Shown: one piece after another, positions 8,198-20,114 of the stretch | Numbering within the stretch: position 1 is the stretch's first letter | Layout of the letters: every line of letters begins with the position of its first letter | Source: a candidate division WOR-3 bacterium | Lineage (GTDB): Bacteria; Hydrothermota; Tepidihabitantia; Tepidihabitantales; Tepidihabitantaceae | Length of the DNA: 40,446 nt | Direction: 5' to 3' | Assembly: GCA_965649205.1 (NCBI GenBank) | Contig: CBFGJV010000020.1 | Span: forward strand, 1-40,446 | The notes under the pieces: generated by a model | What the model saw: the letters and a program-made list of their open reading frames with translations, nothing else | Told to the model about the DNA's origin: nothing | Database searches by the model: none | Position numbers and translations under genes: made by a program

Positions 8198-9067
8198 TTG
8201 CGCCCGCAACAACTGCTCCGCTCTGAACCCGCAGGCCGCAAGCTGGATCAGCTCATAAGGGCCGCTCTGGCCGAAGACATCGGCTCCGGCGACATCACCT
8301 CAGAACTGACTGTGCCCGCCCGGCTTACCGGTCAGGCGGCAATAGTGAGTCACGCGTCCGGCGTGCTTGCCGGCATCAAAATCTGCGGCCGGGTGTTCTC
8401 TCTTCTGGACAGACGGCTGCAGTTTCGGGCTCTGCGTCAGGACGGAACTGCAGTTGCCCCAGACGACAAGGTGGCGCTTATCCAAGGCCCGGTGCGCTCC
8501 CTGCTTGCGGCTGAACGCACCGCTCTCAATTTTCTCTGCCGGCTTTCCGGCATCGCTACCCTGACCCGGCGGTATGTCCAGGCCGTAGCCGGCACCGGCG
8601 CGGCAATCTACGACACGCGCAAGACCACGCCGGTCTGGAGATTTCTGGAAAAGTATGCGGTAAGGTGCGGCGGCGGTCACAATCACCGCTTCGGCCTTTA
8701 CGATATGGTGCTGGCCAAGGACAACCATATAGCCGCAGCAGGCTCGGTGACCGAAGCCCTGCGGCGGTGTCAGTATGCCAGATTGCCGGTGGAAATAGAG
8801 GTCAAGAACCTGCAGGAACTGCGCCAGGCCCTGGCCGCAGGCGCCCGGCTGATAATGCTGGATAATATGACGCTGGCGCAGATGCGCCGGGCTGTAGAAC
8901 TGACTGCTGGCCGCGCCTGTCTAGAGGCTTCCGGCAGCATCACTCTTTCTCGCGTCGCCCGCATCGCCCGCCTCGGCGTAGACCGCATTTCGGTAGGTGC
9001 GCTCACCCACTCCGCGCCCGCCCTCAATTTTTCGCTGGAACTTCTGCAGACAGACCGGCCGGCCTAA
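8198..9067 (+). CDS. nadC: Nicotinate-nucleotide pyrophosphorylase (carboxylating)
   Basis: ALAEDIGSGDIT, ERTALNFL, DTRKTTP, HRFGLYD, KDNH, EIEV, MLDN, EASG, ISVGALTHS. Confidence 0.96.
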   Translation: MRPQQLLRSEPAGRKLDQLIRAALAEDIGSGDITSELTVPARLTGQAAIVSHASGVLAGIKICGRVFSLLDRRLQFRALRQDGTAVAPDDKVALIQGPVRSLLAAERTALNFLCRLSGIATLTRRYVQAVAGTGAAIYDTRKTTPVWRFLEKYAVRCGGGHNHRFGLYDMVLAKDNHIAAAGSVTEALRRCQYARLPVEIEVKNLQELRQALAAGARLIMLDNMTLAQMRRAVELTAGRACLEASGSITLSRVARIARLGVDRISVGALTHSAPALNFSLELLQTDRPA

Positions 9068-10151
9068 GCCTGCCGCACAAACAGTTTGCCCGGCAGTTGC
9101 CTGACCAACCCCTGCATTTCCAGTTGCATCAACGTGCCCAGCAGTGTCGCCACCGGCACCTTCAACCCTGCGCAAATCTCGTCCACGTGCGCCGGGTCGC
9201 CGGAAAGAAAGTCCAGCACCCGGCGCTGCTCGGCGTCCAGTACCGCGCCGCATCCCTCTGCGCTTCGTCTCGCCACGCCCAGACATTCCAGAATATCGGT
9301 CACGTCAGCCAGCAGCCTGGCTCCCTGCTGCAACAGCCGGTTGCATCCTGTGCTGGTCTGGTCCGTAATGCGACCAGGCACCGCAAAAACCTCCCGACCT
9401 TGACTTTTTGCCCAGACCACCGTGTTCAACACTCCTGACCTCTCTCCAGCTTCCACCGCCACCACCACACCCGCAAGCCCGGACACAATGCGGTTGCGCC
9501 GGGGAAAGTTCATCGGCACCGGCCCCACGCCCAGATTGAATTCCGAAAGCACAGCTCCCCGGCTGGCTATTTCCTGCAGCAGTCTGAGATTTTCCGGCGG
9601 ATAGCATATATCAATCCCGCTGCCCAGCACCGCCACCGTCCGACCTCCACCTTGAAGAGCTCCGCGATGCGCGCAGGTGTCTATGCCTCGGGCCAGCCCG
9701 CTGACCACCGTAACGCCATTTTCCGCCAGCTGCCGGGCAAGTTTTTCTGCCACCTGCCGGCCATAGGCGCTGGGTCGGCGCGTGCCCACCACCGCCACCG
9801 CGGGCCAGTCATCTGGGACAAGCTCGCCCTGGCCGAACAGCACCGGCGGACAATGGCGCAGCTCTGCCAGCCCTGCCGGAAAATCCGGTTCGTTTGAGGC
9901 CAGGGTCCATACTCCGGCCGCTTTCGCTTCCTCTATTCTGCGGTTCAACTCCGCACTGCGCCGGTAGGAACGCACGGCCCGGGCCAGCTCCTCATCTATT
10001 CCTTCCACTTCCCGCAGTTCGGACTCAGAAGCAGCGAAAACGCGCTCCGGCTCGGAAAAACGCGCCAGCAGATTCCGCAGCCGCGCCTCGCTCATCCGCG
10101 GAATGGCGTACAGGTCTACGTACGCCTCTCTTAGTCCACGCGGCATCAGCA

Positions 10152-10152
<1 letters not shown>
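9064..10152 (-). CDS. dprA: DNA-processing protein DprA
   Basis: AVVGTRRPSAYG, VSGLARGID..AH, SEF, FPRRNRIVSGL, VEA..RSG; C-terminal winged helix. Confidence 0.95.
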
Positions 10153-11736
<1,584 letters not shown>

Positions 11737-11738
11737 TC

Positions 11739-12269
11739 TCACGCTTTCCTCCTCAGAACAGTGACCCAGCTCTCGCCATAATGGGCCTGCTTCTCCACTA
11801 TCCATTCTCCGGCCGGGTCCGGCTGCTCCTTGCGGCTGTGCTCCATCACCACCAGCCCCTCGGCCCTCACCAGCCCCTGCCGGGCTATCTCCCGCAGCGT
11901 AGCCTGCACCAGACCCCGGTCATAAGGCGGGTCGCACAACACCAGGTCAAAACCGGTCTCCAGCCGCCGGATAACCCGCAACACATCTCCAGGCACCACT
12001 CTGGCACCCGCCACCTCCCGCACATTCTCGCGCAAGAACCTCAGCACCGCTCCCCTCTGCTCCACAAACACCGCCTCCCGGGCTCCGCGCGACAAAGCCT
12101 CCAGTCCCAGCGCTCCTCCGCCGGCATAAAGATCGCACACCCGCGCGTCCCGCACGCTCTCCCCCAGCATATTAAAAATAGCCTGCCGGGTAATATCCTT
12201 TGTGGGTCGCACCCCGCCAGCAGGATAACGCAGAACTCTGCCTCGGTATCTCCCGGCGGCAATCCGCAT
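11739..12269 (-). CDS. rsmD: 16S rRNA (guanine966-N2)-methyltransferase
   Basis: MRIAAG..RGR.L, RPT, DLYAGGGALGLEALSRGA, DPPY. Confidence 0.92.
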   Translation of the reverse strand: MRIAAGRYRGRVLRYPAGGVRPTKDITRQAIFNMLGESVRDARVCDLYAGGGALGLEALSRGAREAVFVEQRGAVLRFLRENVREVAGARVVPGDVLRVIRRLETGFDLVLCDPPYDRGLVQATLREIARQGLVRAEGLVVMEHSRKEQPDPAGEWIVEKQAHYGESWVTVLRRKA

Positions 12270-12364
12270 CACAGCACTATATTACACCTTCTCAACCTGT
12301 CAACCGGCACCGCCGCCCCCTTTTCCTATTGACGCGGCCTGTGACCGGCTTAGACTTGGGACAA

Positions 12365-14563
12365 ATGGCCGGCACTCGCCGACGTCTGCTCGCAGGTATC
12401 CGGAACCGGATAATATTCTGGCTCCTCGTTCTGGGCGTCCTCCCCGCTCTGATCCTTTCTCTGCTCGGCCACCTGCAAATGTACCGCTCTGCCTTGCAGG
12501 ACGCCCGGGCCAAACTGCTCGCCGAATCCGGCCGGGCCGCAGCCATAATCGACGCGCGCATCCGCGAACGCATCCGCGGACTGGGCCTGCTTGCCGAACG
12601 CTACGAACTCGCCGCACCTGCTCTCACCCGTTCTCCCACACTCGGACAGAAAGCCCCCAACGCCGAACTCCAGCGCTTCCTGCAGGAAAACCCGGACCTG
12701 TTCGACCTTGTGGCTCTCACCGACGCCCAAGGCACCATTCTCGGCTGGGCCGGAAAACCGGAACTGCTCCCAGAACCAGCCCCGACCTCCGCAACAGAAA
12801 AGCCCCGACCCGGCGTAGAACTCAAATATCTGAAAGAAGTCAACGTCCTGGAATTCAGCGCTCCGCTCCGCAATGCCTCTCCTCCCCTACTGGTACGCGC
12901 CCGCACCCGCATCGCCGCTCTGGCTTCAATCTTGGCAGACGTGGAAATAGGCCGCACTGGCTATCTGGCCCTCCTCTCTAGCCGCGGAGAAGTAATAGCC
13001 GGACCCGACTGGCTCACCACCTCCCCTTTGGCCTCGCCCCGCATTCAAACCATTCTCTACTCCAGCTATCCTACTCTTGCCGAAGCGCCCGGTCTAGCCG
13101 ACCGCGCGCCCGCCCTTTTGGCGGTAACACCCCTGCCCTCCACAGCCGGCCCCAGCGCGGCCAGCCTCGGCGGCGCCTTCTGGCTGATTTTGGCCGAACA
13201 GAGCAAAGCGGAAATCCTGGCTGTTCCCCATAACTTCGGTCGCCTCGCCGTCTCGGTGCTCCTCTTCACCGCGGCCGTGGTGCTCATCGTCGCCTACTAC
13301 CTATCCGAACGGATTATCCTGCCCCTGCGCCGGCTGCGTGACGGCGTCCGCGAAATCGCCGCCGGAAAACTGGACCTGGAACTCCGACTGCCCACCGGCG
13401 ACGAAATCGAAGAACTGTCACTGGAATTCACCAATATGGCCCGACGCCTGGCCGCCTCTTATCACGGCCTGGAAGAAAAGGTGCAGACCGCCACTGCCGA
13501 ACTCAATCAGCGCAAAGAATCTCTGGAAGCCATACTGGCGGCGATGAACGAAGGCGTGCTTGTCCTTGACGCGGAAGGCAACATTGTCCTCTGGAACAAC
13601 GCCGCCGAAAAAATGACCGGATTCTCCGCTCCTGCCGCCCTCGGCCGCAAATGCGCAGAACTTCTCCGCCCGGCTTCTCCCTCTGCGCCCACGCTCTGCG
13701 AAATTGCCCGTAGAGCGCCGGGCCCGGCCACAGCGACAACCAGCTCCCGCACCACCCTGCTCGCTGCGGACGGCCGCGCGCTCCCGGTATCTGTAAGCGC
13801 CGCTCCCCTGCTCGATGAAAAAGGTAACCCCGCCGGTTCCGTTGTGGTACTGCGCGACCTCAGCCGGGAACAGGAACTGGACCGCTTCCGCGCCGATGTG
13901 GTCTCCATCGTCTCCCACGAACTCCGCACCGCCCTTGTCCCCCTGCTCGGCTTTGCCGAAATGCTCCAGGACCAGAACCTGCCGCAGGAAAAACGCGAAC
14001 ATTACCTCAACATACTCCTAGAACAGGGTCGCCGTCTCTCCGCCCTGGTGGAAAACTTCCTCACCATGTCTCAGCTGGAAGCCGGCAGATTTGAACTCCA
14101 CTTGGAAGACACCGACCTCCGCCGCCTCACCGACGAAGTACTCGTTCTGGAAACTGCCCGCAGCCTCCTGCACAAACTGGAAAACGCCATTCCGGCAAAC
14201 TTCCCGCCTGTGTGCGTGGACCCCGACCGGATCCGTCGCGTCATCCACAACCTCGTCTCCAATGCCATAAAATACTCCCCTGCCGGCAGCAAAGTCACGG
14301 TTGCCGCCCGCGAACTCAACGGCATGGTGGAAATCAGCGTCACCGATCAGGGTGTCGGCATCCGCCGCGAAGACCTGCCCCAGATAACCGGCAGCGGACT
14401 CGGACTCTCCATCTGCAAAAGCATAGTGGAACAACACGGCGGCACCATTGGTGTGCAATCCCGCTACGGCAAAGGCAGCACCTTCTACTTCCGCCTGCCC
14501 AAAACCGGCCCGGCCACCGCATCCGCTCCCTCCGGCCAGACACCTCCCCCAACTGCTCCCTGA
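12365..14563 (+). CDS. Membrane sensor histidine kinase (Cache-like/HAMP/PAS/HisKA/HATPase) with apparently shortened ATP lid
   Basis: Two TM segments, HAMP (PLRRL...GDEIEEL), PAS (EGVLVLDAEG.IVLWN.AAE), VSHELRT, NLVSNAIKYS, DQGVGI, GSGLGL. Confidence 0.9.
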   Translation: MAGTRRRLLAGIRNRIIFWLLVLGVLPALILSLLGHLQMYRSALQDARAKLLAESGRAAAIIDARIRERIRGLGLLAERYELAAPALTRSPTLGQKAPNAELQRFLQENPDLFDLVALTDAQGTILGWAGKPELLPEPAPTSATEKPRPGVELKYLKEVNVLEFSAPLRNASPPLLVRARTRIAALASILADVEIGRTGYLALLSSRGEVIAGPDWLTTSPLASPRIQTILYSSYPTLAEAPGLADRAPALLAVTPLPSTAGPSAASLGGAFWLILAEQSKAEILAVPHNFGRLAVSVLLFTAAVVLIVAYYLSERIILPLRRLRDGVREIAAGKLDLELRLPTGDEIEELSLEFTNMARRLAASYHGLEEKVQTATAELNQRKESLEAILAAMNEGVLVLDAEGNIVLWNNAAEKMTGFSAPAALGRKCAELLRPASPSAPTLCEIARRAPGPATATTSSRTTLLAADGRALPVSVSAAPLLDEKGNPAGSVVVLRDLSREQELDRFRADVVSIVSHELRTALVPLLGFAEMLQDQNLPQEKREHYLNILLEQGRRLSALVENFLTMSQLEAGRFELHLEDTDLRRLTDEVLVLETARSLLHKLENAIPANFPPVCVDPDRIRRVIHNLVSNAIKYSPAGSKVTVAARELNGMVEISVTDQGVGIRREDLPQITGSGLGLSICKSIVEQHGGTIGVQSRYGKGSTFYFRLPKTGPATASAPSGQTPPPTAP

Positions 14564-14945
14564 CCAGCCTGGCCGGCAACTCACAGACCGGCCTACTCAG
14601 CCACTCCCCAGGCTACCCGCTAAGCCCCTCACCCAGCCGCCCCTGGGACAATCCTCCCTTCCATTCTCCCCTCTGCCTGCCAACCGGCCCTCTGAACAGT
14701 TCTCCAGACCACCCGCCGGCCAGCCTACTCCCTGACCCCACCCCCGACCCGGCAAACTACTCACCAAACCGCCCGCCTCACCGCCCGGTATTCTGCTCCC
14801 AGAACAACCCGCCAGACCGCCTACCCAGCAGTCCCCCCGGCGACCCCCATACGAAAAAGCTTCACTTACAACACCGCTCCACCACACTTACCAACCGTAC
14901 CACCCCTCTGCCGCACACACTTTTACGAAATTCCCTCCCCACGGC
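14564..14945. repeat. C-rich low-complexity intergenic tract with degenerate short-period repeats
   Basis: Recurrent CAGACCG/CAACCGGCC/ACCGCC words; no credible ORF. Confidence 0.5.
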
Positions 14946-15323
14946 ATATAAAACTTATAGAGGTGAAAAATGAAAAACATCCCCCTCCGCGCCGAAACCA
15001 GATAACTCCTCGCCCGCATCCGCACCGAAGAAAACCTCCTCAACCTTGACGACCTTGACTTACCCGACTCCAACTCAACCAATACCGTTTGGAACGAAAG
15101 AACTGCAATCGTGACAACAAGAGCCCGCGTGAAATACTGGCCGAGGTTGCGCCGCACGTGGACCAAACTATCCTCCTGCTGCCAGCACTCGACGAGTTGC
15201 TGGCGCTGCGGATATCATATGAGGCGTCCAAGTACGAAGCAAGGGGGCACGATGTACCCTGGCTGGCCCCGAAAGTCGGGGTTGCTGCTTGCCAGCAAGT
15301 TACCGCCTGGTAAGATAAGTCTT

Positions 15324-16217
15324 ATGCCGACCGTCGACAATCTCCGACGCCAAAAATCGTCCCTCCTTATCTCCATAGGCCTCAACCTCGGTTTTGCCTT
15401 GGCCGAACTCATCTTCGGTCTTGTCGCCAACTCGCTTCTGTTGGTAGCCGATTCTCTGCATGACGCCGGCGACGCGGTAGCTCTTGGCCTTTCCTATTTC
15501 GGTCTACATCTGTCCCAGCTAGCGCCGAGCCGTCGTCGGACGTTCGGGTACAAGAAGGTGCGTATTCTCACTGCCTTCCTCAACGCCCTGTTTCTCATCG
15601 GCCTTACCGGAATTGTCATTCGTGCCGCCCTCATCCGCCTCCTTCATCCGGAGCCGGTAAAAAGCCCACTACTTATTGCTCTGGCAGTAGCAGGTCTGTT
15701 CGTAAACGGACTCGGTGTTCTCATCCTGCGCCGGGACAGTCAGGCCCTTGACATTCGCTCGGCGATGTGGCACCTGCTGGAAGATTTCTTCGGCTGGATT
15801 GCAGTACTGGTCGGCGGCATAGTGATGAGACTCACCGGTTGGCACATAATTGACCCCATTCTGTCCCTTGTGGTCAGTATCTTCGTACTACGGGGAGCCT
15901 GGACTGTGTTCCGAGAATCTACCAGCATTCTCATTGACTCAACTCCCAAAGATTTATCCTTTGATGCGGTACGCAGTTTCATACTTGAATTTGACAAGGC
16001 CATCCTCGGCATTCACGACCTCCACATCTGGACTCTAGGACAAGGCCAGCGGGCCCTGATGGCTCACCTCATCGTGCCAGACCAGAACCTTTCCGACTTC
16101 TATCCGCTTCTCACCCGATTGGAATGTGCCTTGCGCGACAACTTCAGGATAGATCACGTCACTCTCGAACTGGAATGTGATCATTGCAAGTCTGGAGACC
16201 GGGTATGTCTCAAGTAA
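15324..16217 (+). CDS. Cation diffusion facilitator (CzcD/ZitB-like) transporter
   Basis: SLLLVADSLHDAGD, RTFGY, SAMWHLLED, DPILS, IHDLHIW, HVTLELE. Confidence 0.93.
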   Translation: MPTVDNLRRQKSSLLISIGLNLGFALAELIFGLVANSLLLVADSLHDAGDAVALGLSYFGLHLSQLAPSRRRTFGYKKVRILTAFLNALFLIGLTGIVIRAALIRLLHPEPVKSPLLIALAVAGLFVNGLGVLILRRDSQALDIRSAMWHLLEDFFGWIAVLVGGIVMRLTGWHIIDPILSLVVSIFVLRGAWTVFRESTSILIDSTPKDLSFDAVRSFILEFDKAILGIHDLHIWTLGQGQRALMAHLIVPDQNLSDFYPLLTRLECALRDNFRIDHVTLELECDHCKSGDRVCLK

Positions 16218-16245
16218 CAGGACGAAAGTCAGCCTGCGGCGGGCA

Positions 16246-17295
16246 CTATTCTGACTTTAGTGGTCTGATAGCACCGGTGCTATCCACCCTCGCATTCAGC
16301 GAAAGGGCAGACAGACTGCGGAATATGGCCTGCCTGCCGACCTGGTCTGTTTCCAACTCTGGTCTGAACATATGGATGCGACACGGTATAACCGTAGCCG
16401 AAACCAAACTGTCGCCTGCAAACGTCGTCCGCAGAATCATACTCGGCCGACCATCCCGATTAGTGAAAACGAAATTGCCCAGACTATAGGCGATCAGCTT
16501 GTCCTGGTAGAATTCAAAACCCCGCAGTACATGAGGGTGGCTTCCGACCACTAGGTCAGCGCCAGCTTCGATACAACGTCGCGCCAAGGCCCGGACATAA
16601 TCCTCCGGCTGGGTCAACTTCTCCTTGCCCCAGTGCAGATATACACAGACCAAGTCTGCGCTGTCCCGTGCCTCAGTGATGCGCTGCAAAAGAAGCCAAG
16701 GATCTAGACATCCAGCAACGCCCGGACTTGCTCTCCCTGCCTGCCACCCTGCAGGCACCACCCGGCTAAAACACAAAACCGCCACCCTTTGTCCCCCAAT
16801 ACTTACATACACCGGAGCCGCAGCGGCCGCAATATCTGCTCCGGCTCCACCAAAAAGCAGTCCAGTCGCGCGCAAATGCTCTAGCATCTCCAACATCGCC
16901 TGTTTGCCAAAATCTAAACTATGGTTGTTGGCTAAGGAAAGAAACTCGATTCCGTTTATGCGCAGACCGGGCAGAAGCACCGGCGAGGCCTGAAAAGTGT
17001 ACTCTTTTCCTTGCTCTGGTTGACCCGACCTTGACACCGAGCACTCCAGATTACCCACAGTCAAGCTATCAGCCAGAAGAGAATCCCTTACATCCGCCAA
17101 GACGTAATCCATTCCCCGCAATATACCTAATTCGCCGACAGACTGACCCAGATGGATGTCGCCCACCCATGATATCACTACCGGCGGACGGCTCTTCTCC
17201 GCTAGTAAAATAGAAGTATCAACTACAGAATCTTCTGTCCCAGCCAAGGCGAAACAGAACCCTAGCCCCAGAAGAACAAGTAGCATTTTCGTCAT
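16246..17295 (-). CDS. CapA-family metallophosphoesterase (PGA_cap), secreted
   Basis: Signal peptide; VGD, GNLE, LANNHSLDFG, LHWG.E, GADLVVGSHPHV, AYSLGNFVF. Confidence 0.9.
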   Translation of the reverse strand: MTKMLLVLLGLGFCFALAGTEDSVVDTSILLAEKSRPPVVISWVGDIHLGQSVGELGILRGMDYVLADVRDSLLADSLTVGNLECSVSRSGQPEQGKEYTFQASPVLLPGLRINGIEFLSLANNHSLDFGKQAMLEMLEHLRATGLLFGGAGADIAAAAAPVYVSIGGQRVAVLCFSRVVPAGWQAGRASPGVAGCLDPWLLLQRITEARDSADLVCVYLHWGKEKLTQPEDYVRALARRCIEAGADLVVGSHPHVLRGFEFYQDKLIAYSLGNFVFTNRDGRPSMILRTTFAGDSLVSATVIPCRIHMFRPELETDQVGRQAIFRSLSALSLNARVDSTGAIRPLKSE

Positions 17296-17406
17296 AGAAG
17301 ACAAGCCTACACAAGGTACTTCATTCTGCAACTGTCGCCGCCGTTCTCCGTCCCTTAACCGGCTAGTGTTGACACTACCTTTCTGCGTCCTATACTCGAA
17401 CTCCCG

Positions 17407-18462
17407 ATGGGCAACTGGCTAGTCTCCCTTGCTTGCCTCCTGGCCCAGCTTTCTCCTGTTGTCCCTCCTCCCAAGGACTCAGTTCGCCACGACGTAGGCA
17501 TAAGGGCTATCATTGAACCCGGTCCTCTGGTTGCTGCCGGTCACCCACTACAACCTGCTGTAGACGTCGTCAACCTGGGAACAGAAACTGAAAACTACTT
17601 TGATGTTCGCTTCCGCATTGACGGCCTGTATGACGAAATCCGTACCGTGGAAAGTATCAGACCCGGCACGAGTGTACGCGTGGTTTTCCCGGAATGGGTT
17701 GCTGCCGCCGGTACTTTCCTGGCCACTTGCTCTACCATGTTGGCCCGCGACTCCAACCCGACAAACGATACCGCCCGCTTGGTTTTTACCGCAGTGCGTC
17801 CTCTGCGCTTACAAGTGGGCGACAGCCTGTCTGCAACCATGCGCCGGAAAGAAACCAAAGATTTTATTTTCTATGCCAGATTATTGGGTGATACCGGGGC
17901 TACAGTTGATTTGGCTGCAACTTCCCCCCCGCCCGGCTGGACTGTTTCGCTACGTGACTCTACTGGCCGGCACGAAATAACCGGTCTTGGCCGACTCTCT
18001 CCCGGGCAGAAGAAGCAATTTCGCCTCCGACTCACCGCGCCCGATTCTTTCTCCTTGGGCCACTCCGCGCCAGATCCTGTTACGTTGGCAGTCCGCGCCT
18101 ACTGCCCGGGGGATAATTCTGTAGCAGACGAGGCTCATTTAGAAATAATTCCTATGCCCGACGAGCCGGACGTGCACAACTTTCCCAACCCTTTTCAGAG
18201 AAACACTGTCTTCCAACTGAACCTGCCTCAGGATGGCATCGTCAGCCTTACTGTTTATACTCGCGCCGCCGAACTTGTAGCTACCGTCATCCCCCGTCAG
18301 CGCCTGCCTGCAGGCTATCACTTCTTCTCCTGGGCCGGTCGTAACGACGCTGGTGAATTCATAGCGCCGGGCATCTACCAGTATCTTTTGGAATACTCCA
18401 GCCATGGCCGGACCAGCCGCATAATCAAAAAGTTGGTCAAGACCGCGGGGGCCTGGGAATGA
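17407..18462 (+). CDS. Secreted Ig-fold protein (CARDB-like) with FlgD/T9SS-type C-terminal domain
   Basis: HDVGI..I..P, V.NLG...E, D.NPTND; C-terminal HNFPNPF..NT.F..NLP..G.V.L.VY...W.GRND.G....PGIY. Confidence 0.75.
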   Translation: MGNWLVSLACLLAQLSPVVPPPKDSVRHDVGIRAIIEPGPLVAAGHPLQPAVDVVNLGTETENYFDVRFRIDGLYDEIRTVESIRPGTSVRVVFPEWVAAAGTFLATCSTMLARDSNPTNDTARLVFTAVRPLRLQVGDSLSATMRRKETKDFIFYARLLGDTGATVDLAATSPPPGWTVSLRDSTGRHEITGLGRLSPGQKKQFRLRLTAPDSFSLGHSAPDPVTLAVRAYCPGDNSVADEAHLEIIPMPDEPDVHNFPNPFQRNTVFQLNLPQDGIVSLTVYTRAAELVATVIPRQRLPAGYHFFSWAGRNDAGEFIAPGIYQYLLEYSSHGRTSRIIKKLVKTAGAWE

Positions 18463-19925
18463 AAACCGCCCGCAGCCAGTTGACGCCCCATCGTTCTTTT
18501 GTCTTCTTTCTGGTCTGTATCTTCGGCTTTTCGACCTTCGGTTTTTCTCTTCCTCCGCTCTCCTGGTACGGACCCGGCACCTCTGCGTTCTACCTGTTGC
18601 GGGTGGGTCAGAGTGTCCGGACTGCATCCCTGGCCGATGCCTCCCTGGCTTTGACCGGAAACGTCGGTTGCATCAGCTCCAACCCTGCAGGACTGGCAGG
18701 CATTTCCGAGTTCCAGTTTGCCTTTGCGCACCAGCAATGGCTTTCCGGTCCGAAAAATGAAGTAATTCACACTGCTCTGCCTACTCGTTCGGGCTGCTTA
18801 GGTCTGGGAATTACATACAGCGGTGATTCTGAGATCGAGGGCTGGGATGAACACAACCGCCCCCTACCTCCGTTCAACACTCATGAAGCCGCCGCTACAC
18901 TAGCCTATGGCGTGCGACTAAGCCATCCCGTCTGGGTGGGCTTCTCTGGCAAAGCCCTCTGGCAGAACCTGGCTGCACAATCTGGTTATGGAGCAGGCGG
19001 GGACCTGGGGATTTTCTGGCGGCTGCCGCGTTCATTCTCGTTGGGGCTGGGGGCTCGTAACCTTGGGCTGTTCTATCAGATGGACGAAAAATTTTCGCTT
19101 CCTTCCGAATTAGGACTTGGCATCAGTTGGTTCAGCCCCCGCTTCGCGGTAGCCACCGACTTCTTCTACCCTTTGGATTCGCGGCCGAATTTACGAGCGG
19201 GCATAGAGTATCTACCGTTCCGGCAACTGTCCCTGCGCCTCGGCTACCGCACCGGCCCTTCTGACATCACCTCCCTTGGCTGGATCGCAGGACTCACTAC
19301 CGGAATCGGTATCAATCTAGCCGGCTTCAGCCTTGACTACTGCTTCGCTTCCTACGGTAAACTCGGCCCTGCACACCACATCGGCGTAAGCTTTCGCTCC
19401 CACAGCATAAATCGCGGAGAATTACTCATCACCGTCACCGACGCTCAGACGCACGAACCCCTCTTGGCCAGCCTCTTTTTGTCTGGCGTAACCCAACTGC
19501 GAACCGAGACTAACTCTTCCGGCCAGCTCCGGCTCTCCTCGCTTCCTGCGGGCGTGTTGGTCATCCGCACCAGTCGGGAAGGCTACGAAACCCGCATAGA
19601 CACTATGGAAATAACAGGCCACTTTCCCCAGCGCGCCAATCTTGCTCTGTCATCGCTGGCGCGGGGAGAAATTTGGGGGGGTCTCTACGACGCCCAGACC
19701 GGTCGCACTCTCAGCGGTACCATATTCTACAAAGGTCCGCTATACGGGGAACAACAGGTTGATGCCAAACAAGGCAGTTTTGTGCTCAAGCATCTTCCTG
19801 TCGGCACCTATGAACTGACAGCTTTCGGACCCGACAGCACCTACTCTCCTCAGACCTGTACGCTGCCGGTGATAAAAAACCGCATCACAGAAAAACTCTT
19901 CTATCTGTATCGCTCTCCTCGCTAA
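18459..19925 (+). CDS. PorV/PorQ-family outer-membrane protein with C-terminal carboxypeptidase-regulatory-like domains
   Basis: FYLLRVGQSVR..SLADA..A......NPAGLA, F.H.QWL, beta-strand pattern, LDY.F..YG.LG..H; then ITVTDA.T.EPL.A and V.....GY repeats. Confidence 0.75.
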   Translation: MKTARSQLTPHRSFVFFLVCIFGFSTFGFSLPPLSWYGPGTSAFYLLRVGQSVRTASLADASLALTGNVGCISSNPAGLAGISEFQFAFAHQQWLSGPKNEVIHTALPTRSGCLGLGITYSGDSEIEGWDEHNRPLPPFNTHEAAATLAYGVRLSHPVWVGFSGKALWQNLAAQSGYGAGGDLGIFWRLPRSFSLGLGARNLGLFYQMDEKFSLPSELGLGISWFSPRFAVATDFFYPLDSRPNLRAGIEYLPFRQLSLRLGYRTGPSDITSLGWIAGLTTGIGINLAGFSLDYCFASYGKLGPAHHIGVSFRSHSINRGELLITVTDAQTHEPLLASLFLSGVTQLRTETNSSGQLRLSSLPAGVLVIRTSREGYETRIDTMEITGHFPQRANLALSSLARGEIWGGLYDAQTGRTLSGTIFYKGPLYGEQQVDAKQGSFVLKHLPVGTYELTAFGPDSTYSPQTCTLPVIKNRITEKLFYLYRSPR

Positions 19926-19980
19926 AGCCAAGTAACGCCAGGAAAAATCGCTGACTTCCTTCGCACAACACAATTTTATC

Positions 19981-20008
19981 TTGACAACAAAAATAGAAAT
20001 CATATTAT
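19981..20008 (+). promoter_or_regulatory. Sigma70-like promoter TTGACA-N16-TATTAT
   Basis: Near-consensus hexamers in AT-rich context upstream of the small ORF. Confidence 0.75.
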
Positions 20009-20034
20009 CACCCCGTAGCAACAAAGGAGGTCCG

Positions 20035-20097
20035 ATGGCGTGCGCAAAAAGCACCAAGAAGGTCGCTAAGAAGAAGGTCGCTAAGAAAAAGAAGTAG
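20035..20097 (+). CDS. 20-aa Lys-rich small protein MACAKSTKKVAKKKVAKKKK
   Basis: Strong SD AAAGGAGGT just upstream of the ATG; own promoter and terminator; below the ORF-track length cut-off. Confidence 0.8.
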   Translation: MACAKSTKKVAKKKVAKKKK

Positions 20098-20114
20098 CTT
20101 AGCGTCCATCTACA

